Origin: Narcine bancroftii
Taxonomy: Eukaryota
Direction: 5' to 3'
Assembly: GCF_036971445.1 (NCBI RefSeq)
Contig: NC_091473.1
Span: 210,862,001-210,926,000 of the forward strand
DNA: 64,000 bases
Shown: piece after piece, positions 37,499 through 52,526 of the stretch
Layout: each line of letters starts with the position of its first letter
Numbering within the stretch: the stretch's first letter is position 1
Notes under the pieces: model-generated
Database searches by the model: none
What the model saw: only the letters and a program-made list of their open reading frames with translations
What the model was told of the DNA's origin: nothing
Made by a program: the position numbers and the translations under genes

Positions 37499-38481
37499 TG
37501 TTATGGGCCCAGAGGACCCCAAAATCCAGCAGCAATAGATATTCACCAAGACAAATGGTTACTAACAAAAGTTACTTTTAATTTTGTTTAAACATAAAAA
37601 CAGGATCAAACTTTAACCTATTAATATAACCTTAATTAAACCTAACAACCCCTTCTAATTCTAAGAGCACAAGTATGTTCAGAAAAATTATTTGATTCAC
37701 AGTCTAATCTCACTTCTCATTCCTCCAAGTCCACTGGTTGCAGGTAATTCTTATACTGTGCACAGAATTTAACATTTATGAATCTTCACCAGGTTTTGGT
37801 GCTTGAAAGGTAAATGGCTCATTAGACACAAACTGATTCCTTTTGATCAGCCACTTCAGTGTCTTGCTGAAGAAACTTACCCCATTAGGGTTTTCAAGAT
37901 GATAACCTCTTTTTTTCAGGTCACCACAGAGTGCCTTTTCTGTTTCCCTTATCTCAGGCAAAACACCACACAGTCAGCCATCTCCTCTTGTATGGACCAA
38001 AAGGACTTTCAATAGGCTGAAGTCAGAACTCACAACTTGTCTTCCAAAATGGGGTTTCCACAACCCTGCCAGCTTGTCATATTCCACTCCCAGCTGTTGC
38101 TGTTGAACTGTAGAACTGAATTCTATTTCTCTCTATTTCTCTCTCAGAGAAAACCACATGACTATCTTAGAATGGTAAACTGCACTCAGACAGACTGCAG
38201 CACTGGACCCAATCTTCTGAGTCTGTTCGCCTGTTGTTTTCCAAAACAATAATCCATTACTCCACAGCATGTCAAATTAACACCTACTTGTGAAGTCTCT
38301 ACAGGCATCCTTCAAAGTTTTTCCAAAGGTACTTGCAGCTTGGACTGTCTGGCTTAAGCCAAGGTCTGGCATTTTAAATGAGATCTATGTTGTGAAGTAT
38401 TTGTTTGTAAACTACACTAAAAAAAACACAATTTATCTCCCCAAACATATGTATGCAAAAAATATAACATAATCTGTCACA
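37499..38481 (-). mobile_element. Full-length solo LTR, family X (~980 bp)
   Basis: TGTTA...TGTCACA ends. It interrupts Gypsy W RT, with partial copies at 18020 and 25530. Confidence 0.8.
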
Positions 38482-38715
38482 GAGATGGTAGAGGCAGCTA
38501 TCTGCCTCAAAGGCAGTATATTGGCGGTCCTCTGGGCTGGATGTGCAGGGAAAAGGGTACGTGCCCAGCTGTGTATATCTATTAATGGTATGACTGTAGT
38601 CAATGATATAGAAGTTGTATAGAAACTGATAAACATGCTGGCCAACTGTCCTGGACTGAGGTGGGAGCTGCGGCACAGTCAGCAAGGGGCATGTCCAGAC
38701 AAACTAGAAGAAGTC

Positions 38716-39954
38716 CTCTTTCTTTGGCTTGGCTTCGCGGACGAAGATTTATGGAGGGGGTAAATGTCCACGTCAGCTGCAGGCTCGTTTGTGGTTGACA
38801 AGTCCGATGCGGGACAGGCAGACACGGTTGCAGCGGAAAATTGGTTGGTTGGGGTTGGGTGTTGGGTTTTTCCTCCTTTGCCTTTTGTCAGTGAGGTGGG
38901 CTCTGCGGTCTTCTTCAAAGGAGGTTGCTGCCCGCTGAACTGTGAGGTGCCAAGATGCACAGTTTGAGGCGATATCAGCCCACTGGCGATGGTCAATGTG
39001 GCAGGCACCAAGAGATTTCTTTAGACAGTCCTTGTACCTCTTCTTTGGTGCACCTCTGTCTCGGTGGACAGTGGAGAGCTCGCCATATAACACAATCTTG
39101 GGAAGGCAATGGTCCTCCATTCTGGAGATGTGACCTACCCAGCGCAGTTTGATCTTCAGCAGCATGGATGCAATGCTGTCGGCCTCTGCCATCTCGAGTA
39201 CTTCGATGTTGGAGATGAAGTCACTCCAATGAATGTTGAGGATGGAGCGGAGACAACACTGGTGGAAGCATTCTAGGAGCCGTAGGTGATGCCGGTAGAG
39301 GACCCATGATTTGGAGCCAAACAGGAGTGTGGGTATGACAACGGCTCTGTATACGCTAATCTTTGTGAGGTTTTTCAGTTGGTTGTTTTTCCAGACTCTT
39401 TTGTGTAGTCTTCCAAAGGCGCTATTTCCCTTGATGAGTCTGTTGTCTATCTTGTTGTCGATCCTTGAATCCGATGAAATGGTGTAGCCGAGATAGGTAA
39501 ACTGGTTGACTGTTTTGTGTGACCGATGGAGATGTGGGGGGGGGGGGGGGGCTGGTAGTCATGGTGGGGAACTGGCTGATGGAGGACCTTCAGTTTTCTT
39601 CAGGCTGACTTCCAGGCCAAACATTTTGGCAGTTTCCGCAAAACAGGACGTCAAGCGCTGAAGAGCTGGCTCTGAATGGGCAACTAAAGTGGCATCGTCT
39701 GCAAAGAGTAGTTCACGGACAAGTTGCTCTTGTGTCTTGGTGTGAGCTTGCAGACGCCTCAGATTGAAGTGACTGCCATCCGTGTGGTACCGGATGTAAA
39801 CAGCGTCTTCATTGTTGAGATCTTTCATGGGTTGTTTTAGCATCATGCTGAAGATGATTGAAAGAGTGTTGGTGCGAGAACGCAGCCTTGCTTCACGCCA
39901 TTGTTAATGGAGAAGGGTTCAGAGAGCTCATTGCTGTATCTGACCCGACCTTGT
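38716..39954 (-). mobile_element. 5'-truncated RTE LINE
   Basis: GVKQGCVLAPTLF, LLFADD, LRWVGH. Possible TSD GTCCT. Confidence 0.92.
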
Positions 39955-40124
39955 CCTAACACTGCCAAAAAGATGCAGTGGATCGCCACAGAAACCTGTT
40001 CCTTTCTCGGACCCGCCTCCAGGCCAATCATCACACGTGGCAATGAAAACTGTCAATCATGCTCCCTCGCACCTGCGCACTGGGCGCCCTGAGGGGGAGG
40101 GTGACCGCGCTTCTTTTGCAGTTA

Positions 40125-40222
40125 AAACAGAAACGCTGAAGGATCCAGCAGGTCCCGCAGGGTCCTCAGGAGATAAAGATCTATCCCCGACGGGGCGGGC
40201 CTAAGCCCTTCAGGATGTGAGG
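40125..40222 (-). mobile_element. Degenerate SINE fragment (V-SINE-like)
   Basis: Reverse-strand similarity to the GACCTGCTG...CAGC motif at 4270-4305. Confidence 0.4.
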
Positions 40223-40769
40223 AAAAAGTCACCGCGAGGAGTACTCATCCCCCATTCTTCCAGCCCCATTGGCTATAGCCGGATAAGAACGAAAATATGA
40301 TGCCAGAGCCTCCACACTCTCCCCCGCTCACTTTAACATCCTGGAGTAGATTTCCTCCAGTGCACAGGAGCTGAACTCACTGTCACCCTCTCTCCTCCAA
40401 TGTTTATCCGATCCAATAACTCACCCCGTCCTCTTCGTGAAGGCACCGGCTTCACCCCCTGCGCCGTGAAGACACCCAGTGGGGACAACGTCGCCCTCAC
40501 GCCCCGCTTTCACACAGAAATGGGCCTCACAGGTCAACGCTCTCCCTCCGTCTCCTGCTGGCCGTTTACAATTTTTATATTTTGTGTATATTATATTTGC
40601 TTTTCATTTGCGTTAAAACATCCGCCTGCCTGAGTTTTCCAATTAAATTAAATAATCTCCCACACACTATCCACAATTCCGTGCTTTCTATGTTAAACGG
40701 CAGCAGGAACTGCACTGGTTCGACTCCGATTGCCGTCCGCAGTGACCCGGACAAAGAGAGCGACTTCTG

Positions 40770-40904
40770 ATTGGTGGAGCGAGGCGCTGGGATTTGTTCG
40801 CTCGGGTATCCAACCAGAATGAGTTACCGCAAAATACATCACCAATAACTATTCTTTCCGTCTCCGATCCCTCATTAGCATGGGGCGACGGGCTGCCTAT
40901 TTAA
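40770..40904 (+). promoter_or_regulatory. H2B promoter: CCAAT boxes, variant octamer, TATA
   Basis: ATTGG at 40770, CCAAT at 40842, ATTAGCAT at 40874-40881 and TATTTAA at 40898-40904. Confidence 0.8.
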
Positions 40905-40956
40905 CCTGCGCTCTCAGATATTGTGGTTACTTCAGTGTTTGAAGGTGATCGAGAAA

Positions 40957-41331
40957 ATGCCTGAACAGCAGAAACCAGCTTCCAAGAAGGGCGCAAAGAA
41001 AGCCTTGGCCAAACCAGCAGGCAAGGCCGGCAAGAAGCGCAGGAGGGTGAGGAAGGAGAGTTACTCCATCTACATCTACAAGGTGATGAAGCAGGTTCAT
41101 CCCGACACCGGGATCTCCTCCAAGGCCATGAGCATCATGAACTCGTTCGTTAACGATATTTTCGAGCGCATCGCGGGCGAGGCTTCCCGCCTGGCCCATT
41201 ACAACAAGAGGTCAACCATCAGTTCCCGGGAGATCCAGACCGCCGTGCGCCTGCTGCTACCCGGGGAGTTGGCCAAACACGCCGTGTCGGAAGGGACAAA
41301 GGCGGTGACCAAGTACACCAGCTCCAAGTAA
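40957..41331 (+). CDS. H2B: Histone H2B, 124 aa
   Basis: [12 protein letters not shown]...[21 protein letters not shown]...TKYTSSK. Confidence 0.99.
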   Translation: MPEQQKPASKKGAKKALAKPAGKAGKKRRRVRKESYSIYIYKVMKQVHPDTGISSKAMSIMNSFVNDIFERIAGEASRLAHYNKRSTISSREIQTAVRLLLPGELAKHAVSEGTKAVTKYTSSK

Positions 41332-41375
41332 AGCTTCACAGGGAACTGACCAGACAGACAGACAGAAAACCCAAC

Positions 41376-41416
41376 GGCTCTTTTAAGAGCCACTCACAGT
41401 CTCACTGAAAGTGTTG
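41376..41416 (+). terminator. H2B stem-loop and HDE
   Basis: GGCTCTTTTAAGAGCC (41376-41391) and AAAGTGTTG (41408-41416). Confidence 0.93.
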
Positions 41417-41990
41417 TACCACAGTTTCCATAATAATTTCCGAGCGATTGATTATCCTGAAATTTCCGCTTCACGCGTTTATTCTCAGTTTGTGTTGATC
41501 CAAGTTTGCGGTTTCGATGCTGCATGTTCCTGGTGTCGCTGTTGAATTCCTGCCCCCTAAAGGGCCATGGAAACGTTTTATTCTCATCTGTTTTTAACGG
41601 TCATTAAATATGTTGACAATTAGGAGCGATTAATGTGGGCAAAATACAAGCGTTTTCACTGTTCAATTGCTACTGTGGGTGCGTTCTATGATCTGAACCC
41701 CCGCATGATGCTACTGCCCCCAACGCCATCACCACCCCAGATCAGTCAATTCACGGTGTTTTCCCGGAGGAACATTTACTGCTGAGAATCGTTTCCTTTC
41801 CCACATCTGTTACTTCTTGAAATAAATCGGGTAACTGTTCACAGCGATTCTCGGGATATGAATACACACGATGTAAATGTGTCGTGATTGAGTGATCACT
41901 GATGAGCAGAAATCACACCAACAATCAGATTCACAACAACGTTTTCAGACTCTGCACAGATGAAATTTTACGGCCTTTTCACATTTCGGC

Positions 41991-42142
41991 GATTGGAGAA
42001 ACGGGCCGTTATTCTCCGCGTTCAACGAGCAGCCGCCTGTTCATTGGTTGCTCTCGGAATGGGGACCTCGCTCAGCCAATGACAATGAGCATTGAAGGTC
42101 CAATCATCAGGCTCCCTTTCCATTCCTCCAAAAGGTACAAAA
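41991..42142 (+). promoter_or_regulatory. H2A promoter with multiple CCAAT boxes
   Basis: ATTGG/CCAAT near 41992, 42043, 42076 and 42100. TACAAAA sits at the TATA position. Confidence 0.7.
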
Positions 42143-42161
42143 AGGGCGACTGCGACCTTAG

Positions 42162-42581
<420 letters not shown>

Positions 42582-42611
42582 AGCGGCACGAAGTGAACCT
42601 ATTGACCCAAA

Positions 42612-42650
42612 GGCTCTTTTCAGAGCCACTCACAGTGTCTGGAAGGGCTG
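42612..42650 (+). terminator. H2A stem-loop and HDE
   Basis: GGCTCTTTTCAGAGCC (42612-42627) and GGAAGGGCTG (42641-42650). Confidence 0.93.
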
Positions 42651-43160
42651 ACCAGGCTGGGGAGAGCGGGGGTAACGAGTTATACGTAAAATTCTTCATA
42701 TATTTGGGCAAGTTTCTTGGCCGAATTGAACAGAGAATGGTCGGGACCGAAACAGAATTAAGGTTTAAGCATTTTGACGTTAACTTGGCTGAACTACATT
42801 CTCCAGGTCAATTAAACCAGCAACAGGATAAATCCATACGAAAAACAAGTGGCTGGAAATGGGGACGGGTGTGCAGGATGTTGTCTGATTCAGGAACCAC
42901 CCGACGGGAGGGACTGAGTAGCGGATTCCATGGCATTTTATCAATGGCAATCGGTGTTGATCTTGTTCGTAGGGCACGACCGAGGAAATTATAATACACC
43001 CTGACCAAGCTCACAATGTTGGGAGGAACGAGAATCATTGGGGCTTCTAAATGAATGCCCCAATCCGGCCAGGAGCGTAAATTGTGCTGAAGAGCCGTGA
43101 CAATTGCACAGCTGTAACAGAAGCCTAGCAGACCCAGGAACAAATTCGGTCTACAACGGC

Positions 43161-43202
43161 ACAACCCTTTGAACTGTCAAAATCATGGCTCTGAAAAGAG
43201 CC
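43161..43202 (-). terminator. H3 stem-loop and HDE
   Basis: GGCTCTTTTCAGAGCC (43202-43187) and AAAGGGTTGT (43170-43161). Confidence 0.92.
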
Positions 43203-43230
43203 TTTTTGGTACTAGGTGCCGAGGCCGGGC

Positions 43231-43647
<417 letters not shown>

Positions 43648-44735
43648 TCAACAATACAATCAGAGACAGGAGGATTTGAATGATGAAACCGGCTCAGGCT
43701 CCCACTTATAAACAGTTGGTGAAGATCCGCCCCATCGCTCTGAATGGCTGGAGCAGAGATGGCAATCATCGTGTTCCAGGGCTGTGATTGGCTCCATCAT
43801 CATATGACTAAGGAGCCGTTTCAGATCTGCAGCGCAAATGGTACATTGACCCTGATAGAGTTTGTGACTGAGAACCTGAGAGAGAGAGAAAAACACTGGC
43901 TGCAGTGCGATTGGCTGTAGTTTATTTTCAAATCACCCGCCAATTTTGGAGAATGGTTTGATGGAAACCGGTTCTCCCTGATTCTAACTCAGATCATTTT
44001 AAATATCGGTGAATTTTCTCATTCAACCAGTGTGTCTGAAAATGGGCTGCGGATGGACTGAACCGCTGCTGAAGCGGATGGAATTCAGCTCTGGCGGAAG
44101 CTGGAGAAAAGAGACTGTTCCCGGGAGGGAGATTCCAGACCGTTTTAATGACACCGCATTATCAAGAGTTGTGAGGGTCAGAGAGGGAAACCGGCTGTAG
44201 ATCACCCTTCATTCTTTAAATCCACCATGAATGTCGACATTATCTCCTCTTTCCTCGTCAGCTAACTCCTGATTATTGTAGATGGATTCGAAATGCACAA
44301 ATGAAGAGTTTCTAAAGCACAATTAATTACATTTTATTTTAAAATCTTTATTGGATATAATTAAAACATTAATACACATACATGGGCTGAAATATAAGTA
44401 GATAGTTTGTACTTTTCAAATAATACCTTCATTTATGTATAAATTGTTTGTACCCTTGTCAAACCCATTTTATAAAAGTACAACAGAACAAAAAGGAAAA
44501 AAAATCAATAAATTGAACGCCTTCCTCTCATCAAGGCAGTTGGTTCAGCCTAAACTTCCCGATTTTCCATGGATTTCTGAAACGAATGTTCCTGATTTAT
44601 TTTCATTTCAAATTTTATCTATTACTTAAATTTGGACGAGAAAAAGTTCAAAAAAGAAAATTGCCCCTGAACTAGTTTACAAATCAATATTTTAATTCCC
44701 AGTGCTGGTTACTTACTCCCTGTGAGGCGGTGGGC

Positions 44736-44751
44736 GGCTCTTAGAAGAGCA
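44736..44751 (-). terminator. H4 stem-loop, mutated
   Basis: TGCTCTTCTAAGAGCC has lost its first G-C pair. No clear HDE follows. Confidence 0.8.
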
Positions 44752-44785
44752 TTTGTTTTGTTGTGTGGAGAAAGGACGGAGTTCT

Positions 44786-45097
<312 letters not shown>

Positions 45098-46032
45098 GGT
45101 CCCACTCACTGAAGTTGCTGATCAATGACAGCCCCACTGCTGCCGACCCCTTTTATACACAGCGCCCCGACCTGGCTGAGGACGCGCAGTGAAGGGGAGG
45201 GGAGGAGACAGAGTCAGAGTGACAGACAGAGCAGAGAGCGGCCTCTCATCTTCCGCCCCGGCCCCGGAAATCGCTAATTTCCAAACGTTATTAGCAGAAC
45301 AGAAACAGCGACCGCGAACAACACACACGGGGTTACATTTTTTCCGATTTTCTGAAATACGAAATCTTTAAATAAGCACCGTGATATTCCCGCTGAAGCT
45401 CTGCCCCTTCGTTAACATAGGAAGGAGTCAAGGGTACATTAGAATTAGGAGCAGGATACTGCTCGGCTTTCAATAAGAGACTTGATCTGGACTTGGACTC
45501 GGCACCATTTCCCGTAACACTTAATCCTCTCTTCAGCAATCTCTGACTCTTGGAAGCATTTAATGAGGTAGCTTCACTGGGCAGAGAATTCTGCGGATTC
45601 ACTTCCCTCAGGGAGAAGGCATTTCCTCATCTCCATCTCAAATCTACTCCCTGGATCGTCACTACGTGCCTGCCAGATCCCATCTCCTTCCATTTCACCC
45701 CTGGAGCCTGTCTCCTGTCCCCACACCTCCCCTTCACGGTGAACAATCACCTTAACCCGGTTGATATGGGAAACCTCCCTGATTTGGATGCAGACACTTA
45801 GGTCCCCACCTCACTCTCTCCCCCAGAATCTGCCTGAAGGAATTGTTGATGAACAGAGACAGGGGCCGATCACATCCCCAGACCGACTGAGGCCGGTCCC
45901 AGACACCCCGTTCTTGGAGTTTTGTTTGGACACTGGTGCAGATAATGTGGTGGAGTTACCGGGGCTTGACGTGAATGATTCCCCACTGGAATGTGAACGC
46001 GGTGTTGGGACAGGAGTGATGTGACTGGGGAG

Positions 46033-46073
46033 CAGCTCTTCACTGAGGGATGTGGGTGGCTCTGAGAAGAGCC
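46033..46073 (-). terminator. H1 stem-loop and HDE, copy 2
   Basis: Identical to 633-673. Confidence 0.95.
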
Positions 46074-46109
46074 GTTGGGGTCAGGACTTTACACATTGAG
46101 CTTTTTATT

Positions 46110-46763
46110 TCACTTCTTGGCCGCTGCCTTGGGTTTAGATTTTGGCCGGGCTCTGGATTTTGCAACTTTTTTGGTTGCCTTCACCTTGGTGACTTTGGCC
46201 TTTGGTGGGCTCTTGAGCTTCTTCGTGGTCGCCTTCTTGGCCACTGGCTTCTTGGCCGCCGTCTTTTTAGCCGCTGGCTTCTTGGCGCCGTGTTTCTTGC
46301 TGGGAGATTTCTTGGCCGCGGGTTTCTTGGAGGAAGATTTCTTGGTGACTGGTCTTTTGGCCGAAGATTTCTTTGCCACCGACTTCCTGGACTTCGACGC
46401 CGTGGCCGCTGGTTTCTTCGCTTTCTTTGCCAATGTCACTGTCCTTTCTTTCTTCCCGGCCTTGAAGTGACCCGACAAGCCCGAGCCTTTGCATTGAACC
46501 AGGAGGCCGCTGTCCAATTTCCTCTTAATGCTCGTCTTGATGTGCGAGGCGGACTTGCGCACATCGACGCCGCCTGCGGACAGAGCCTTCTTTATGGCGA
46601 AGTAGGACATCCCCCCGCGCTCACGGCAATCCGCCACAATCTGGTCGATCTGATCGCCCAGCTTAGGACCGGCTGGTTTGGGCCGGGCAGCCGCCTTCTT
46701 CTTCTTGGGAGCCTTGGTCTGGGCGCCAGGAGTGACAGGAGGAGCCGCTGCGGTCTCGGTCAT
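46110..46763 (-). CDS. H1: Linker histone H1, copy 2
   Basis: Identical translation to 710-1363. Confidence 0.95.
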   Translation of the reverse strand: MTETAAAPPVTPGAQTKAPKKKKAAARPKPAGPKLGDQIDQIVADCRERGGMSYFAIKKALSAGGVDVRKSASHIKTSIKRKLDSGLLVQCKGSGLSGHFKAGKKERTVTLAKKAKKPAATASKSRKSVAKKSSAKRPVTKKSSSKKPAAKKSPSKKHGAKKPAAKKTAAKKPVAKKATTKKLKSPPKAKVTKVKATKKVAKSRARPKSKPKAAAKK

Positions 46764-49700
46764 GTCGGCGACTCTGTACCAATTTTTTCCGAGCTTTCGA
46801 CCTGAGTGAGAAATGAAGCGGGAGGCGGCGGCACAGAGCAACTTAAAGGCAGCGAGCGGACGGGGCGGAGACATCCTGCTGTCAGCTCCCGCCACCACCG
46901 CCTCTCTGTGTTTCTGTCCCCTCCAAAATTCTCCCATTCCTATTAACATCGGAAACCCCGGAGTCCCGGACTCACCCCCGACTGTCTCCGAGCACCGAAT
47001 GTTTGTTGTAAAGGGATTTTGATCCGAATTCAATGAGACACTTCCCGTTTAAACCCGTTTCATTGCAGCACCGACCGCGTTCTCTCCCCCAATCACTGAC
47101 ATGTTTCCTGCTTTCCGACAGAAATATTAAAACCAACCAAAACTTTGTCGTTCATTCCCACTTCAGCACTGAGCTGGGGGTCGGCGCTATCCCGTGACAG
47201 GGAAATCTTGTCATCTTTCACAGGATGGGCCGGCAAATCCGGCACTAAGGTCGGATCCACAAACACAGTGACTCCAGTCAAAGACACCGCCCCTTGAACA
47301 CAGTCTCTCTGACACAATGTTCCCCTTCGCACCTTCACAGCACAAATAGTAGACGGGAGCACAGTTCCCAGCATCGGTTTATCGTCTAGAGTGCGGATTC
47401 TCGGGAGTTCCTTGTGATTTATATTTTATTTAAAGTTAACACATATATAATAATTAATTAAAATAATCTATCACATTATTTAAAACTTAATTACATACAT
47501 GTTAATTTATATAAAAGATAAGATTAAAAAATCTACAAAGAGAAAAAAACATCTGAATCCTGACTAATCCCTCCCCACTACCCCTACTAAAACAGCATCT
47601 AAATTATTAAAATATAAAATAAACATTATTACATATTTAATTGGATTGCTTCAGAAGATGATCAAAGTTAAAACAAATTTTTTTCCCTAAAAACACATTA
47701 TTTATTTTTGAGGGTAGACTTCTCTGGTCTGGAGAATTCAAAGGACTTATTTATAATTTCAAACCTAATGTTCGAGCATATGGACTCCAAATCTGTAAAA
47801 ATATAGAATATGTACCCATCAAATTATATGTATTTTTTTCTAATGTAATGTCGGGGACTCTGTACCAATTTTTTCCAAGCTCTGTTTGCCATCTTCCTAA
47901 TGTCAATCAAACAGCTGATTTCAAAGCAAGAGCAATACATCTGGAAAATGTTGCATTTTGGGTATTTTCAAGATGGATGCCTCCACATGAGGTCTGGCAT
48001 GTGTATGTTTGGCTTAGTTAATAAATCTAGTTGTTTGAAAAAGAACCCGTTTATTTATTGTAATAAAATAAACATCACATGGTACCAAGAGTGGACAAAA
48101 CAGCCAAGAGTGGAAGAAACAGCCAAGTTCTGCTGTGCACAGGAGTGAAAGAAAAAAATAAGAAACACACAGAATGCATAGTAAGTCGATATCACCAGTG
48201 AAAATAGGGAGAGTTGAAAAACTCCTAATCCTTTAAAATGCATTGGAAATGATGACCATGACAGAAAGCTGTTTAATAAAGCTTTATGTTGTACCTGCAA
48301 TCAATTAGAATTGATAGCAAACTCAGAATACAGAAGATTGCACTGATACTTACCATGGTGGGACCTCAAGTACTAGAGGTTTTCAAAACATTTATTTTTG
48401 CCGACAAAGACAATCACAGCAAATTCGAGACTGTTCACCAAAGAAAAATGAAACCTTAAAGATGTATGTGTTTCATTATGCATGCAGATGGAGGGAGAGA
48501 GTTTTGATACATTTTTAACAGACTAAAAGCAAGAACATGCAGTTGTGGATCGCTGCAAGATTCAATGATCCATGCTCGGAATTAATGATAAGAAAATGAG
48601 AGAGAGGTTCCTGCAAGACTCAAAACTTACCTTAGCTAGAGCTACGAAGATATGCCACACCAGTGAAATAGCTCTACAGCACAAGAAAAAAATTGGTGTT
48701 AGTGTAAAAGCCAATGAAAATAAAGGCATAGTCTTAGCCACAGTGTCTGGGCACATACGCACACAAAATGAAATTCAGGAACCAGTGAAAAGATGGAGAA
48801 GCGACATTCAATTGTAAACAATATGGCAGTAAACGTGCACCAAAGCAATGCCCATTTTATGGAAAAAGTGTAGCAAGTGCAAAGGGCAGAATCAGTATGC
48901 CAAGTAATGTTTTTCCAAAGGGAAATGGAACAGAAGTAGAAGAGTTCACCCTATACAATACACTGTAGCAAAGAAGTCACTGTACAAACTATAAAAGAAA
49001 CAGCTCCCAGTGATACACTTTTCATGGGCATGGTGGTGCAGGAAATGAACAGTGTCGAGCAGGATAAATGGACTGTGTCATTGCATACAAGTGGAACAAA
49101 TATTCCTTTCTATTTAGACACAGGGCAATTTGATCTGTGAGCGCGACATCAGGGGAATGAAGATAAACTAATACATCCATGTATATCCTGTACTGCTCAA
49201 AACATGCAATAGACAGAGCATCGAAACGATAGGTGCATGTAAACTCAAGGCGAAAGTTAAAGATGAAGAGCATCACCTCGGGTTTACAGTAGTCCCAGAT
49301 GGACATTATTCATTGCTGGGTGACAAAGCATGTGAAAACTTTAACCTAGTCAAGAGGGTGTATCACATTAATAGTGACCATGTACTGAACAGCAAAGAGG
49401 AAATACCGGATCAATTTCCCAACATCTTCAAGGGCTTTGGAATTCTACCATTCACCTATAACATACAGTTAAAAGAGGATGCACAGTAGTACATGCCTCG
49501 AGGTGGGTTCCAGCACCCTAAAAGAAAAGTTCAAGCAGGAACTCAACCGAATGATGACACTAGGGCTCATGCCCAAACCCACAGAATGGGTGAATTCAAT
49601 GATGTGTGTCAAAAAGACCAGTGACCTACACGTATGCATGGCCCGTAACGTGGTTCAGCTTTTACTTCCTGTAGATGCTGCGTGACCTGCTGAGATTCTC

Positions 49701-51516
49701 CAGCCCTTTGGTGAACTGCCCTCGATCCCAACATCTGCAGGTTTTCTTGTTTAACTCAAGGGGGACATTGCTTTGCATTTTCCTGAATGTTTTGTGAACG
49801 TTTCCTATGGTTGTTAAATTAATTGCGATCACTTTGTTTGACTTTAACTCCTCCTGGATCTAAACCAATTTTGGAATCACCACGTTCATGCAAACTCAGC
49901 AAGATATGGACAGAATGTTTGAAAGAGAAAAGAAAGCAGAGACTTGGACCTTTATGGACCATGAGAAATGTGTCAACAGAAGTGGGTTCCGTCTAAATGT
50001 GTGAGGAACTTAGGAAGTTTCTCAATGTCCATTCACCTGCTGCCTATGTGGGAAGGGATTCTCTCAGCAGGTCAGGAAATTAAAGACAATCTATGTTTCG
50101 GATTTGGGCCCTTTCTCAGGAATGTGGAAAAAAAGCCAGTTGCCCGATTAAACAAAGGGAGGGGCAGCAGCACAGGTGAACTGGTAAAAGGTCATAGGTG
50201 GATACAGGTGAGAGGGGAGAAGAGAAGTGACAGGGAGAGGACAGAGGGTTTCTCTCTGACAGGAGTTACTGGGCTGGCTGGTACGGATGGACTCTGTCTG
50301 ACTTGCACCTTGGCAGACATCAAATAAAAATGGATGCGACAGGAACATTCAGGCCTCATTCTTGACTCCTCAGCACCTTCTGGTTCACATTATTTCCACA
50401 CCCAACCACATGTAGCAGCCTGAATATCCTTTAAAATACTTCAACAAGTGCCTGTGCTACTGTAATACTATAATTTTGTTGACGGTTGACCTGAAGTTGC
50501 ATCCAAAACAAATACACACATAGCTTTTAATCAGGGCCAGATTAAGGAATTGCGGGGCCTGTAGCAGATATTTTAAAGAGGCCCTAAATTGTGCTGGCTG
50601 GTGCATGCATGTTGCAAAATTGCCAGCTAGAGCATGTGCAATGTGGGGGGAAGTGTGACTGTGCTGTGAGGGGGCACTTCTTCACACAGTGCTGGGAGTG
50701 TGGGTCGAGGTGCCAGCTGAAATGGTGAATGCAGGCTCCATTTTAACTTTGAGAAGAATTTGAACAAGTACATGGATGGAAGAGGTATGGAAGGAAATGG
50801 ACTGGGTACAGGTCAGTGGGACTAGGCAGAAAAATAGTTTGGCACAGACAAAAAGGGCCAAAGGGCCTGTTTCTGTACAGTAATCTTCTATGATTCTAAA
50901 AGGGGTTAATGGAGATTGGAAGTCGAGGTTCATGCCATCTGGTTGGAGACTGGGGAGAATGGATATAAGGTGTCCCTCCAGTTTGCAGTGGTGTTGACGA
51001 TTGAAGTCCAAATTGTTGTTCTGATGGGGGTTTTCCCCTGCAGCTCCAGCTCTCCATGCATTTGTATAATCCCCAGTCAGCCTGCTGCATCTGTTCATTG
51101 GATTTTTCATCTAAACTGCATCAGATCTCCTGGGTCACTTCCTCTTTGTACTTGCTGGGATGGCCTGTATGGACGGATCCTGTCTGACCTGTACCTTGAT
51201 GGACATTTAATAAAAATGGCTCTGATGGGAAGATTCTGCCCTCTTTCTTAACTTCTGAAGCACCTTCTGGACGACATTATCATCATGTACCTGTTGGAAA
51301 CTCATTGATCAGTGCCTTTGCTAATGTAATGCTATTTATTTGATGACCTATAGATGGCCCCCCTGTGATTTTTGCCCCGTTATTATGTCTAATCTCTACC
51401 CAGATCAATTCAACATTCTGCTCAATGGACACTAAATCATCTCTCACTATCACCCTGTTCTCATCCTGAATCAAGAGTGCTACCCCACCTCCCATAACTT
51501 CCTGCCTATCCTTTCA

Positions 51517-51554
<38 letters not shown>

Positions 51555-52526
51555 TTACAGCACGGAAACAGGCCATTAGGCCCTTCTAGTCCGCACCGAA
51601 CCAAACACCCCTTTCTAATCCCACCTCCCTGCACAATGCCCATAACCCTCCATCTTCCTCTCATCCATATACCTGTCCAACCTTTTCTTAAATAATACAA
51701 CTGACTCCGCCGCCACTATTTCTCCCGGAAGATCATTCCACACAGCTACCACTCTCTGAGTAAAGAAGTTCCCCCTCATGTTACCTCTAAACCTCTGCCC
51801 CTTAATTCTTAACTCATGTCCTCTTGTTTTAATCTTTCCTCCTCTTAACGGAAATAGTCTATCCACATCCACTCTGTCTATCCCTTTCATAATCTTAAAT
51901 ACTTCTATCAAATCCCCTCTCAACCTTCTACGCTCCAAGGAATAAAGACCCAATCTGTCCAATCTCTCCCCATACTCCAGATGCTTAAACCCAGGCAACA
52001 TTCTGGTAAACCTTCTCTGCACTCTCTCCACTCTGTTTATATCCTTCCTATAATTAGGCGACCAGAACTGCACACAGAACTCCAAATTAGGCCGCACCAA
52101 CGTCTTATACAATCTCAACATCACCTCCCAACTCCTATATTCCATGCAATGATTGATAAAGGCCAGCATACTAAAAGCCTTCTTCACCACCCTATTCACG
52201 TGAGTTTCTACCTTCAGGGAACGATGTACCGTCACTCCTAAATCTTTCTGCTCTTCTGTATTCCTCAATGCTCTCCCATTTACCACATATGTCCTATTCT
52301 GATTCTTCTTACCAAAATGAAGCACCTCACACTTATCAGCATTAAATTCCATCTGCCATTTTTCAGCCCACTTTTCTAAGCAGCCCAAATCCCTCTGCAA
52401 TCCTAGAAAACCTTCTTCATTATCCACTATTCCACCTATCTTAGTATCGTCTGCATATTTACTAATCCAATTCACCACCCCATCATCTAGATCATTAATG
52501 TATATAACGAACAACAATGGGCCCAA
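51517..52526 (-). mobile_element. Young CR1, copy 2
   Basis: Duplicate of 6117-7126. Confidence 0.95.

Larger units (their letters stand above)
33543..38715 (-). mobile_element. Gypsy RT/RNase H relic W, interrupted by two solo LTRs and an L1
   Basis: YTAFEAD, FGVTNG, FPYLDN, YYAQWVP and TPFQVE are collinear across the insertions. Confidence 0.82.

Noticed and set aside
34305-39954. Inverted RTE pair as a composite element
   Set aside because: Different truncation points and host contexts indicate independent insertions.
40000-40300. CCAAT, E-box and GC-rich patch upstream of H2B as a lost-gene promoter
   Set aside because: No associated coding remnant or stem-loop seen.
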